Origin: a virus
Virus record (IMG/VR): IMGVR_UViG_3300044846_001842
Coordinates: 16,107-80,106 of that record
Length of the DNA stretch: 64,000 nucleotides
Direction: 5' to 3' (one strand)
Position 1 is the first letter of the stretch; every line of letters begins with the position of its first letter. Below the pieces are notes generated by a model that ran no database searches, was not told where the DNA came from, and worked only from the letters and a program-made list of their open reading frames with translations. Below, one piece after another: positions 1-10,000 of this stretch. The position numbers were made by a program, and so were the translations under genes.

Positions 1-1
1 A

Positions 2-454
2 GGACACAGAGTACACTCTTTTGGAGAACTTTATCAATTTGATAGAACCCTTACACCTTCTTGTCCTCAAGAAGAAGCTATTGTGAAGTTCTGGAAAGAG
101 TTACCAGAACATATTATACCAGTAGCTGCAGAACTTAGGATGTACCACTTTAAAGAGTTATATGCAGGTACAGCAGATATAATCTTATTTGATACAAAAA
201 CACAGACCTATATAATAGCTGACTACAAGACAAATAAAGACTTGTATAAGAACTTTAAAGGTAAAACAATGACAGGTATATTTAGTCACCTATTAGATTG
301 TCCTTTAAATCATTATGTAATTCAGCTTTCTTATTACCAAATACTTCTAGAACAAGTAGGAGTTAAAGTAGGTAGAAGAGTTATTATATGGTTAGGATTA
401 GATGGTAACTATACACTAATAGATACAGACAACGTAACTAATTTATTATTATGA
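2..454 (+). CDS. PD-(D/E)XK exonuclease (Cas4/RecB-like), 5'-truncated by window edge
   Basis: Frame is open from nt 2 (GHRVHSFGE...); motifs AGTADII and IADYKT, YxxQLxxY. Confidence 0.8.
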   Translation, partial: GHRVHSFGELYQFDRTLTPSCPQEEAIVKFWKELPEHIIPVAAELRMYHFKELYAGTADIILFDTKTQTYIIADYKTNKDLYKNFKGKTMTGIFSHLLDCPLNHYVIQLSYYQILLEQVGVKVGRRVIIWLGLDGNYTLIDTDNVTNLLL

Positions 455-825
455 AACACATTGAATTACACAGATTTAAAAAAGCTTTAGGAGTTGCCTT
501 TGGTATTTTCTTTCCTTCTGATGCTAAAAAATTAGAGCAAAAGCAGGGTATTGGAAAACAACTTGATTTAGTTTTAGTTACTCCAAGTAGACAGACTGCT
601 ACTGTAACTCATCTTAGAAAACTTACAGGTTGGACTGTTAAACAAGCCACTGCTTTTTTTAAAGAAGGAGACTATCCTAAAGTAGTTATTTATAATGTAA
701 ATCCTAAAGGAAAACTAAATCCAGATGAATCAAAAGAAAAAAAAGCAATAGAAAAATATATGGATATAGAATTTTACATAGAAAATGTAGCTACAAAAGA
801 TAATGTAATTTTCAAAATCTACTAA
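451..825 (+). CDS. Hypothetical protein with ribosomal protein bL12 (L7/L12) C-terminal-like segment
   Basis: LDLVLVTPSRQTATVTHLRKLTGWTVKQATAFFKEGDYPKVV resembles the bL12 CTD pattern (FDVIL...KV.VIK.VR..TGLGLKEAK.LVE..P). Confidence 0.45.
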   Translation: MKHIELHRFKKALGVAFGIFFPSDAKKLEQKQGIGKQLDLVLVTPSRQTATVTHLRKLTGWTVKQATAFFKEGDYPKVVIYNVNPKGKLNPDESKEKKAIEKYMDIEFYIENVATKDNVIFKIY

Positions 826-826
826 G

Positions 827-1528
827 ATGTTTATAAGAGAAGTCATAGAAAGAATTCAATCTTTATACTCTAAAGGAGTATCCAGTGATGAGTCTAGGTT
901 ATCTGACAGACATGTCTATAACAAAGTCTTAACAGTTAGGATGCAACTTCTTGCACAACAACTTAAAAAGAAACAAAGAATTAGTGATTGGAACTATTCA
1001 ATCCTGCCTTGTGTAGAATTAATTAAAGTTCCTAATCATGAGTGTTCTTGCTTAGGAGATTTAGGTTGTGATGTGTACAGAACTAAATATGAGATACCTA
1101 GAGTAATGACAGACTCTAATAGACACTATATTGACTTTGTAATGTCTGTTGAAAATGGAATGAGAATTGAGGAAACTACAAGACAAGGTGTACTTTATTT
1201 AAAAGGTAATAAATACACAGGAGTTAAACCTAAATTTTTATTTGAGAATGGATATTTGTACTTTCCATTAAAAAAGAATCCAGGAGTAGTAAAGATTAAA
1301 TTACTTGCTGAAGATCCTTTAATAGCTAAACACTACCCTTCTTTATGTGATTCTTGTCAAGATTGTACAGACTGTATTCCAGCTTATGATCATGAATTTG
1401 CTATTGATGGGGATTTAATTGAACCATTAATTGATATATGTGTACAAGAAATTATAGGTATATTTGGGCAGAGAAAAGAAGACCTCTCTAATAACTCAAG
1501 AGATATACAAAGACCTGAAGGTAGATAA
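827..1528 (+). CDS. Tail ring / head-tail connector protein (crAss-like conserved structural gene)
   Basis: N-terminal helices, beta-sandwich and C-terminal helix typical of podoviral ring proteins; sits directly before an IHF-like gene as in crAss-like phages. Confidence 0.6.
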   Translation: MFIREVIERIQSLYSKGVSSDESRLSDRHVYNKVLTVRMQLLAQQLKKKQRISDWNYSILPCVELIKVPNHECSCLGDLGCDVYRTKYEIPRVMTDSNRHYIDFVMSVENGMRIEETTRQGVLYLKGNKYTGVKPKFLFENGYLYFPLKKNPGVVKIKLLAEDPLIAKHYPSLCDSCQDCTDCIPAYDHEFAIDGDLIEPLIDICVQEIIGIFGQRKEDLSNNSRDIQRPEGR

Positions 1529-2001
1529 TGCAAAAAACAGATTTAAACATTAGAAGTTCTTACAAGAGATACTCCAAAGAAGTTGAGAATCCTGTAGAAA
1601 TAAAAGAGTTCATTTCAATAGCCAATGGGTATATGGAATTTCTCATGAATAAAGTAGTTGAAGGTGAAGAGGTAACACTACCTGCAAGATTAGGAACTAT
1701 CTTTATACAAGGTACAAAGAAGAAACTAAAATTCAATAAAGATGGTGTTCCTATGTTGCCTCCTAATTGGTCAGAAACTAAAAAACTTTGGGATAGAAAT
1801 CCTGAAGCTAAGGCAACAAAAAAGATTGTTTACTGTCTTAATGAAGAAACTGATGGGGTAGTATATAAATTACATTGGTCTAAGAATAGAGTGCCTATAG
1901 AAAATAAACTGTTCTATAATTTTATTTTAACTAGAGGTAATAAAAGAGCAATACATAATTCTATTAAACAAGGAAAAGAATATATAATTAAAACTGAATA
2001 A
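1528..2001 (+). CDS. IHF/HU-like DNA-binding protein (crAss IHF-like family)
   Basis: FLMNKVVEGEEVTLPARLGTIFI matches the HU/IHF 'l..Ge.V.l.gfGtF' signature. Confidence 0.75.
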   Translation: MQKTDLNIRSSYKRYSKEVENPVEIKEFISIANGYMEFLMNKVVEGEEVTLPARLGTIFIQGTKKKLKFNKDGVPMLPPNWSETKKLWDRNPEAKATKKIVYCLNEETDGVVYKLHWSKNRVPIENKLFYNFILTRGNKRAIHNSIKQGKEYIIKTE

Positions 2002-2003
2002 CC

Positions 2004-2618
2004 ATGTCAAAATCATTACAAGAAAGACTTAATAGTCTTGAAAGAAAATACAGAAGTCTTTGTTGTAAGGCAAATTCAGAAACACCTTCTGCACCTGCAT
2101 ATAAAGTGTTTACAGCTCTTCTTGCACAGAGTGGAAATAGAGGTGATAGAGATACTATATGTGATGGTGAACTAATAGTAGGAGTAACATATTACATAAA
2201 TAATAATGTTAACGGAGATTTTACAAATGTAGGAGCACCTAATAATACTAATGGTACATATTTTATAGCAACAGGAACAACTCCAAATAGTTGGGGTCTA
2301 AGTGCTTTATGTGACACACTTACTTTTGTTCCAGATGCTCCAGTAGTAACAGTATTAGAGAATACTATTGGGAATGTTTGGTTTACTTATGAGGTAACTG
2401 GAAGTTATGGGATTAACTCTAATGGATTATTTATTCCAAATAAAACATACGCAGATTTTAAAGTTGTATTTGGATCACAATGGGATAGAAATATATGGGA
2501 AAATTATGAAGAATCTAATTTTCCAAATACTCTTTTAATAAAAAATTATAGTTTAGATACTGGTGCTCCAATAGATGGTATTGATGGAGCAAGAATAGAA
2601 ATCAGAGTATACAATTAA
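2004..2618 (+). CDS. Putative virion structural / tail appendage protein
   Basis: N-terminal coiled coil followed by G/T/N-rich beta region; tail-module context. Confidence 0.5.
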   Translation: MSKSLQERLNSLERKYRSLCCKANSETPSAPAYKVFTALLAQSGNRGDRDTICDGELIVGVTYYINNNVNGDFTNVGAPNNTNGTYFIATGTTPNSWGLSALCDTLTFVPDAPVVTVLENTIGNVWFTYEVTGSYGINSNGLFIPNKTYADFKVVFGSQWDRNIWENYEESNFPNTLLIKNYSLDTGAPIDGIDGARIEIRVYN

Positions 2619-2641
2619 TATGAACCTTAATATAAGAAATA

Positions 2642-4432
2642 ATGGATAAGCAAATACTTGATAGAATCAAGAAATCAGAACAAAGAGTCGTAGACTTGTA
2701 TGCTAAAGTCAAAGACTTAAATACTACCGTATATGGTGGTGGAGGCACTCAAGGTCTTAAAGAACAGTATACTATTCTTCAGATAGATCCTGATAATGAT
2801 ACAGATGCAAATAGAGGTAAAGCTTTAAAAGATTTGTATCAAAAAATAAAAGATAGAAATGAAAATAGTAGTTCTTGGATACATACTATTTTAGTTCCTC
2901 CTGGAGATTATTATTTCCAAGATGGAGAACCTCTTGTATTAGATTATGAAGGTATTAATGTAGTGTCTTTAACAGGAGAACCTGATGTATTTATATCAGT
3001 TAGATATGATAGTCAACCTTTTGCTATTAATGAACTTATTTACAGTGGAGCTGAAACTGCTGAAGAATTTCTTGATACTTTTAATTTTTCTGAAACTGTT
3101 GGAAATAATGTATATGGAAGTAACTATGGAGTAGATTCTCAAGGTGTATTTTTTAATGATGTAGATCAAGGAGATGAAGATGGAGAATCTTATCCTATAA
3201 GATTTGGACTTGTAAATACTAATGTTAATGATTATCTTAATTATAATATTTCTTTTATACAAGAAGATAATTGTTCTGATTTAGGTTTTGCTATATGGCA
3301 AGAAGGAAGTACTCCTCAATGGAATTGGGGAGAAGATCATTTTGGTACTTTATTTAAAGTTCAAATAAATTGTGAAGATACTATAGAAATTGTAGGATTT
3401 AGTAGTTACGATGAATTAACTATTCCTGGAGGTTTAACTATAGGTCATACTTATATGCTTATAATTAATATGGAACCTAGTTCTGGATTTCTTTTTGTAG
3501 GTTTATATGATCAAACTACAGGTTCTTGGGTAGTAAGTGACAATTATAGTCCAAGGTATGCTATTCCTACAGGATATAATATTATTGCAGGAATAGCTGC
3601 TGATTCTGATGAGGGAAGTACTATTCATATAACTTATCTAAATGGACCAAATGATGTATATACAACATATACTCCTTGTCTTTCTGTAGAGACTAGTAAT
3701 GTAACAGTAAGAGGTATAGTAGGAAAAAGAGACTCTTCTAGTAATTGGGGTAGTTGGTCTGAACTTGATTATGATTATAATCTTCCAATTTTTGTAGATG
3801 AAGGTTTGGCTAATGTAGTTATTGAGAATTGTATTGGAGGTCCTTTCTCTTTTGGAGCAGACCCTGAATTTAATGGAAATGGACAATATAATAGTACCTA
3901 CACATTTAAAAACTGTAGAGCACCTCAAGGATATTCTTTTGGTTATGGAGTAGAAGATTATGAAGTTACTGCTATAGGTTGTAATAGTCTCAATTATTAT
4001 GGAAGCTATTCTCCTCGTTGTTTTGATGTAGATGATGAATTATATGTTACTGTTATTGATTGTCATTTTGGAGATTACTCTTTTAGAGGTTATGAAATAG
4101 ATATAACTGTAAAAGACACTGAAGTTGGATCTAGTTGTTTTGGAGCAGATGGTTATTTTGAAGGAAATTTTGAAAATGTTACAACTGGAGAAGATTGTTT
4201 TAATAATGGGAATGGTAGTATTTATGGAATTTATAGAAACTGTAAAGTAGGTACTTATTGTTTTAGTTCTTATGATAGTATTTATGCTGACTTTTATAAT
4301 TGTTATTTTATAGATGCAAGTAATTTAGATCAATCTAATGCTACTTGTCACTTTTGTATAAATGACGATTATTTAGAAAATGGAACAGCTACAGTTGGCT
4401 ATGCTAGTTACAATGTAAACATAAATGATTAA
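2642..4432 (+). CDS. Tail spike / receptor-binding protein with beta-helix repeats
   Basis: N-terminal coiled coil, ILVPPGDY pectin-lyase-like start, C-terminal repeats of the G..CF...F.NC type, acidic. Confidence 0.65.
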   Translation: MDKQILDRIKKSEQRVVDLYAKVKDLNTTVYGGGGTQGLKEQYTILQIDPDNDTDANRGKALKDLYQKIKDRNENSSSWIHTILVPPGDYYFQDGEPLVLDYEGINVVSLTGEPDVFISVRYDSQPFAINELIYSGAETAEEFLDTFNFSETVGNNVYGSNYGVDSQGVFFNDVDQGDEDGESYPIRFGLVNTNVNDYLNYNISFIQEDNCSDLGFAIWQEGSTPQWNWGEDHFGTLFKVQINCEDTIEIVGFSSYDELTIPGGLTIGHTYMLIINMEPSSGFLFVGLYDQTTGSWVVSDNYSPRYAIPTGYNIIAGIAADSDEGSTIHITYLNGPNDVYTTYTPCLSVETSNVTVRGIVGKRDSSSNWGSWSELDYDYNLPIFVDEGLANVVIENCIGGPFSFGADPEFNGNGQYNSTYTFKNCRAPQGYSFGYGVEDYEVTAIGCNSLNYYGSYSPRCFDVDDELYVTVIDCHFGDYSFRGYEIDITVKDTEVGSSCFGADGYFEGNFENVTTGEDCFNNGNGSIYGIYRNCKVGTYCFSSYDSIYADFYNCYFIDASNLDQSNATCHFCINDDYLENGTATVGYASYNVNIND

Positions 4433-4455
4433 TTTAATTTTAAAAATAAATAAAA

Positions 4456-4803
4456 ATGAAACTATTTAACTTAAACTCAGAAGGTAATTGGATGGCACAA
4501 GTTGCTTATAGTGACTTAGGTTTTACTACTGAACAAAAAGAATTATTAAGATCTGAAAAAGAAGAGGATGCTACAGCAAAAGCTGAACTAGTAGCTTATT
4601 GGAGAACTATTAAAGAAGTTGCAGCTACTGCAGAAGAGGTAACTCTTTTATCTACTTTCTTAGATACTAAAAAACCTACTTTAAAACCTGAAGAAACTCT
4701 TACTATAGTAAATGCTATTGTATTTGTTAAAGATGGAGTTCCTAACAAAGGTCAAATTTCTTTTAAAATTAATGAAGGAAAAATAAAACACACTAGATTT
4801 TAG
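4456..4803 (+). CDS. Hypothetical protein (possible fibre chaperone)
   Basis: Intact ORF after tail spike, followed by a terminator. Confidence 0.5.
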   Translation: MKLFNLNSEGNWMAQVAYSDLGFTTEQKELLRSEKEEDATAKAELVAYWRTIKEVAATAEEVTLLSTFLDTKKPTLKPEETLTIVNAIVFVKDGVPNKGQISFKINEGKIKHTRF

Positions 4804-4818
4804 TCTAGTGTGTTTTTT
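4785..4818 (+). terminator. Rho-independent terminator
   Basis: 13-bp stem AAAACACACTAGA / TCTAGTGTGTTTT, 6-nt loop, T-run. Confidence 0.75.
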
Positions 4819-4838
4819 CCTTTAGTAAACAGATAGAT

Positions 4839-5180
4839 ATGTCTATATACCTTGTAGTGAATTTCTTAAAGAAACAATGGCTTGGTTCTATATTAATCAT
4901 TATTTTTGTATTGGTATTACTTTATGGTAATATCAAGAAAGAAGAAATGCTAAAAGAAAAACAACGTCTTGAAGCAGAGATTAAAGTCTTAGAACAAAAA
5001 GAAAAGTTTCATTGGAGTAAACTTGATAGTTTAAAAATCAGTGAAACTACCATTAATAATAAAGAAAAAATACTAATACAAATACAACATGATACAGTTA
5101 AGGTTATTGATTCTATGTCTATTAGTGAGCTTCAAGGGTATTTCTCAAACAGATACCATAAAGAAGATAGTCTTAGATGA
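4839..5180 (+). CDS. Putative inner-membrane spanin (i-spanin-like)
   Basis: N-terminal TM (WLGSILIIIFVLVLLY) followed by coiled coil; 92-nt overlap with next gene. Confidence 0.55.
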   Translation: MSIYLVVNFLKKQWLGSILIIIFVLVLLYGNIKKEEMLKEKQRLEAEIKVLEQKEKFHWSKLDSLKISETTINNKEKILIQIQHDTVKVIDSMSISELQGYFSNRYHKEDSLR

Positions 5181-5556
5181 GAAAGTAGCTAGAGAAGTTG
5201 TTAAAGACCTTGTCAAAGGGGATATATGTAAACAACTACTTTCTGTTAAAGATGAAAGAATCCTTAATCTTAAAAGTCAAATATCTGAGTTGAGAAGTCT
5301 TTTATCTATAAAAGATAGTATCATAGTAAACAAGGATAGGATAATTGAAATACAAGATGATGTTATAGGGTGGTGGAAGAAACCTGAGTTACATGGTTAC
5401 ATGGGAATGCAGTCTATTCAGTTTACAGCTACAAACCCTATTATCTATGGTAGAGTATTTCTAGAATATCCAAAGGTTAAAGTTGGTGTACAAGGATTTG
5501 TACAACCTAATAATCCTGCAGGATACAATGTTATTGTAGAATATAAATTGTTTTAA
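5089..5556 (+). CDS. Secreted coiled-coil protein with C-terminal outer-membrane beta-strands (outer spanin-like partner)
   Basis: Signal peptide ending before Gln (SFKGIS-Q), coiled coil, amphipathic strands ending YNVIVEYKLF (C-terminal Phe). Confidence 0.5.
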   Translation: MIQLRLLILCLLVSFKGISQTDTIKKIVLDEKVAREVVKDLVKGDICKQLLSVKDERILNLKSQISELRSLLSIKDSIIVNKDRIIEIQDDVIGWWKKPELHGYMGMQSIQFTATNPIIYGRVFLEYPKVKVGVQGFVQPNNPAGYNVIVEYKLF

Positions 5557-5557
5557 T

Positions 5558-5824
5558 ATGTCAGAAATTATGAATGCAAGAGTAGAAGGTAAAAAGGAAT
5601 TTACCCTACCAGAAGGAGCTACAATTATAAAAAAGAGTACAAATATTACTGTTAGAGAGATTGAAAATGGATTTGTAATTTGTAAAAATTATGATATTCA
5701 ATGGTCTCCTAAAGGAAGTGATGATACTAAGTATGATTATATTTGTAAAGAGTGGTTCCAAAAAGAAAATCCAGTAAAAATTAATATGCCTAAAGAAAAA
5801 TCTTTAGCAGATAAATTAGACTAA
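5558..5824 (+). CDS. Hypothetical protein
   Basis: Tightly packed ORF. Confidence 0.5.
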   Translation: MSEIMNARVEGKKEFTLPEGATIIKKSTNITVREIENGFVICKNYDIQWSPKGSDDTKYDYICKEWFQKENPVKINMPKEKSLADKLD

Positions 5825-5827
5825 TTT

Positions 5828-6055
5828 ATGAAATTACCTTTGATTCCTTTAGACAAAGCAAATCATATCATATATGGAATTGCAATATACATTTTAGCTA
5901 ACCTACTATTAATAGAGATGTTAGCTTTTCTTGTTGTTATGTTATTTGGAATAGCAAAAGAATTATATGACTTTAAGAGTTATGGCAAGTTTGACATACT
6001 TGATTTGCTAGCTACAATTAGTGGAGCAGCAATACTAACAATAATATACAGATAA
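5828..6055 (+). CDS. Small multi-pass membrane protein (VanZ-like DKxxH motif; holin candidate)
   Basis: DKANH motif, about three hydrophobic helices, D..A in last helix. Confidence 0.45.
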   Translation: MKLPLIPLDKANHIIYGIAIYILANLLLIEMLAFLVVMLFGIAKELYDFKSYGKFDILDLLATISGAAILTIIYR

Positions 6056-6056
6056 A

Positions 6057-7085
6057 ATGAATCAGAGATTTCAATATGTAACAGTAGATACAATCCTATC
6101 TAAGTATCTAAGAGACTTCAGAGGTAATGAACTTAATGAAGATGATGCTATTGAATGGATAGGAGAAGCATTAGGACACATGAAGATGGCTACTGTAACA
6201 GAGGAAGCCATTGCTTTTTTAGAGGTAAAAAACTATCAAGCAACTTTGCCTAATGGATTACAATATATAATTCAGGTAGCAAAGAATAATGCTTGGACTC
6301 CTACAGAAGTTAAAGTCTGTACTCCTGAAGCTATTATTACAGAGTTAACTTCTGAAACTCCAGAATCAAATTGTGGCTGTAGTGCTTGTTGTAGCACTCC
6401 TGCAAATGATATGGTACTTCTTGATTGTCAAGGAGAGTTGATAGCTGAACCTGAAGTTGGTTATTACAGACCTTACTTTGACCTTCAATATGAATACTTA
6501 GGTTGGGTTCATTCTAAATCTTTTAGAACTAAATTTACTCCAGTTAGACTAGCTAACCACACTTTCTTTAATACTTTAGTATGTCAGAATACTGCTGGAG
6601 ATGGACTATATAATAATAGTAACTATTTAGCTGATGAATACACTATTATTGAAGACCAACTTAGATTTAGTTTCAAAGAAGGTCTTGTAGCTGTAGCATA
6701 TCTTAGAACTAAAGTAGACACTGCTACAGGTTATCCTATGGTTCCTGATGATGAGTCAGCTAAAGCAGCTATTACTTACTACTTAGGTTGGAAAGTAAAA
6801 GAAAGAGAAGCTTGGAACCACAGAGAAGGTTCTATGCAGATTGCTCAAGTAGCAGAAGCAAGATGGTTAAAATACATCAAACAGTTTAAGAACAAAGCTA
6901 AGATGCCTTGGGGAACTGATGACTATGAAGACCTCATGGAACAATCAAATTACTTATTACCAAGAAACAAAAGATACTATGGCTTCTTTGGTAAATTAGG
7001 AAAAGCTGAAGATAGAATCTTTAATGATCCTAACTTTACAAACAAATACAGATACACATCAGGTAACTCAGCTTATATGAGATAA
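6057..7085 (+). CDS. Tail tubular / ring protein (P22 gp4-like, crAss Ttub)
   Basis: D.IEWIGEAL N-terminus, GYPMVPD motif; immediately before the stabilisation protein as in crAss-like phages. Confidence 0.65.
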   Translation: MNQRFQYVTVDTILSKYLRDFRGNELNEDDAIEWIGEALGHMKMATVTEEAIAFLEVKNYQATLPNGLQYIIQVAKNNAWTPTEVKVCTPEAIITELTSETPESNCGCSACCSTPANDMVLLDCQGELIAEPEVGYYRPYFDLQYEYLGWVHSKSFRTKFTPVRLANHTFFNTLVCQNTAGDGLYNNSNYLADEYTIIEDQLRFSFKEGLVAVAYLRTKVDTATGYPMVPDDESAKAAITYYLGWKVKEREAWNHREGSMQIAQVAEARWLKYIKQFKNKAKMPWGTDDYEDLMEQSNYLLPRNKRYYGFFGKLGKAEDRIFNDPNFTNKYRYTSGNSAYMR

Positions 7086-7087
7086 TT

Positions 7088-10000
7088 ATGGCTCAAGATC
7101 AAGAACAAAGACAAGAACAGAATTCTGTTAATACTTTAGGAGGATTGAATACAGACTCCTCTTTAGTTAATCAACCTCAAGGTACTACAAGATTTGTAAT
7201 GACTGGAGTAGATGAAACTAAAGAAGGAGATTTAGGTTTTATATCTAATGAGGAATCCAACTTAGAATGTTATGAGCTCCCTATAGGTTATATTCCCATA
7301 GGTCAAGTTTATATAGGGGATGAAACTAACTTATTATTTTTAGTAAATAGAGCAGGAGATTCACTCTTAGCTACTATAGATAAAGAGTGTAATTTAACTG
7401 TTGTACTTTCTGATGCAGACCAAACAGAGAAATTTGGTTTCACAGTAGATAATCAAATTGATGCTACTTTTAGATTAAGAAGAGGTTGTGAAAGAACTGT
7501 GTATTGGGTAGACCCAAAACCTAGATTATTTGTTATTGATAAACCTGAAGAGTTTCAAGATACTGTTACAGGAGATTGGGACATTGCTAAGTTTAATCTT
7601 TTTAGAACTTATAAATCAATTCCTGTAGTAACTGATATTGAAGTTGTAGATGGAGGAGGACAACTTGCTCCTGGTAGTTATAACTTTTCTATTAGATATT
7701 TAGACCAAGATTTTAATCCTACAGAATTTATTACAAGTACTGAAACTATAATGATTTATAATACTTCTGTAATTCAAAATTATAGAGATATTAGAGGGGC
7801 TACTAAAGAAGTTAATCAGTCTTATTTAAATTTTACAGATAGTAATAAGTCTATTAAAATTAGTATAGACCCTGCTTCTTTAGATACTAGTTTTCCTTTT
7901 TATCAGTTTGCTATTACAGAAGCTAATACTGGAAATGGATTAATAAGTGATACAAAATACACACAAGAGATTTCTACAAGAGATAGTATCTTTTATTATA
8001 CAGGAATTAATTTTGAGACTCAAGGTTCTCAAGAAGAGATTACTGCTTACAATCAAATTATAGAAAAAGCTCAGAGTATTGAGCAAATTGAAAATAGATT
8101 AATACTTGGTGATGTTGAAGGAAAACAAGTTAATTTTTGTAGACTTCAAAAATATGCAAGTCAAATTTCTGCTGACCTTGTAACTAAAGAAATGTTCTTG
8201 AGTAATATTCCTTTAGATGAAGGTAATCCTAAAGACCCTGCTGCACACTTTAATGGCATAGGTTACATGCCAGGAGAAATTTATTCTTTTGGTATTGTAT
8301 ATATTTTTGAAGACAATAGTCTTTCTCCTGTATTTCATATCCCAGGTAAAGGGCCTACAGTATCTCCTTCTTCAATTTATGTTACAGGTGTACCTAATGT
8401 GTATGGAATGGAAAGAGGACTAGGAAATGAAAGTAACTCTTCTTTAGATAATTCATACATAGATAATAATACTTGTGGTTCAGATTCATATTGGGGTTAT
8501 GATTGTGAAGGATTGCCTTTAAAAGATCAGCCTGTAAGACATCATAGATTTCCTGTGAGAAATAAATATGGACTAAGATTTGTAGAAGAGCTTACAGGAG
8601 ATGATATAGAAAATGAATTAAAAAGTTTATCTGTAACAATTACAGGAACAGATATTACTGTACCTTCATACTGTGCTCCTGAAGGGGAGCAATACTATAG
8701 TTCAACTTGTATACCTACTTTTGTAGATTCTATTAGTTTTGATATTACTTATACTGATGGTCAAACTCAACACTATATAGAAGCAGTAGACTTAGATAAC
8801 TTTGCAACAGTTGAAGGCAGTGGGCCTAATGAATCTAATGTATATTTTTCTTACAATTCTTCTCCTATTACTTCTAGTGTTTTTGAATTGATAAGTATTA
8901 AAGAAACAGTAGGAAACACTGAAAATACTTTGACATTTTCAGTTTCTCTTTCTTTAGGTATGAATGTTTATACAGCAGTCTCACCTCACTCAGGTTTAAC
9001 TTATCAAGTTAGAGTTAATGTAAGTTCTTTTGTTACAACTGAAAAACAATATGTAACAGATTTATATGGTATTAAGTTTTCTAACATTAAGAAACCAAGT
9101 TTATCAGATACTAATGGTCAAAGTATAATTGGATACTACATTGTAAGAAATGAAAGAACAGAACAAGAAAGAACTATTTTAGATAGTGCTTTATTGGCTC
9201 CTACTGTAAAACATAAGAACTATGTTTCTCAAGGTTTTATTTATCCTGAATTTACAGCTTTACCTAGTGGAGCTCCTGATCCAAAACAAGGTACTTTTAA
9301 AAGAGATATCTATGGTCTTATTTATCCTGAGCATAAGTTTAATAATAAAGTTTATTCTAACTTTACTACTCTACTTCAACAAGGAGAATTTGAAACTATA
9401 AACACAATTAAAAGTTTTTCTAAAATAAATGATGTTGCAGATGGAACAAGTTACATAGGTAACAGACATAAGAGTAATGAAAGAGATAATGATGGTTGGA
9501 CACTAGATATTAAAACTAGAGATAGTCATACTAAATACAATGAAAAAGATGATATTAACATTGACTATACTCAAGATGTAAATGATGTTTTTTATTTAAA
9601 TGCTTTAGCAGATAAAGCAATACAAGATAGTGCAGGAGTATTTCAAAATGTTTTTAATCTTGCTGCAGATAATAAAGTAGGAATAATAACTCTTAAAGAA
9701 AACTTGACTGTTGCTCCTAATAAAATTCCTTATGTTTATATCTATAAAGAAAATCTAAATCCTTATTCTAACTTTAGGTTAGACCCTTATTACAAAGAAA
9801 GTAAAAATCCTCATTATTTTACTTCAGGCATATTACCTGAGACTTGTGATATATTTAATGGAGATTCTTATATTAATCCTATTAGATATACTAATAGTTT
9901 GTTCTATATGAACAGACTTAGAAAGAGAGCAGGACAAACTAATGCTTGGAATTATATTGCAGCTGCAGCTTTAGTTATTGTTGCTGCAGCATTAATATTT

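Noticed and set aside
1-454. Cas4 / CRISPR-Cas locus
   Set aside because: No repeat-spacer array or other cas genes seen; stand-alone phage PD-(D/E)XK nuclease
2004-4432. Diversity-generating retroelement acting on tail fibres
   Set aside because: No reverse transcriptase and no TR/VR repeat pair noticed in this window
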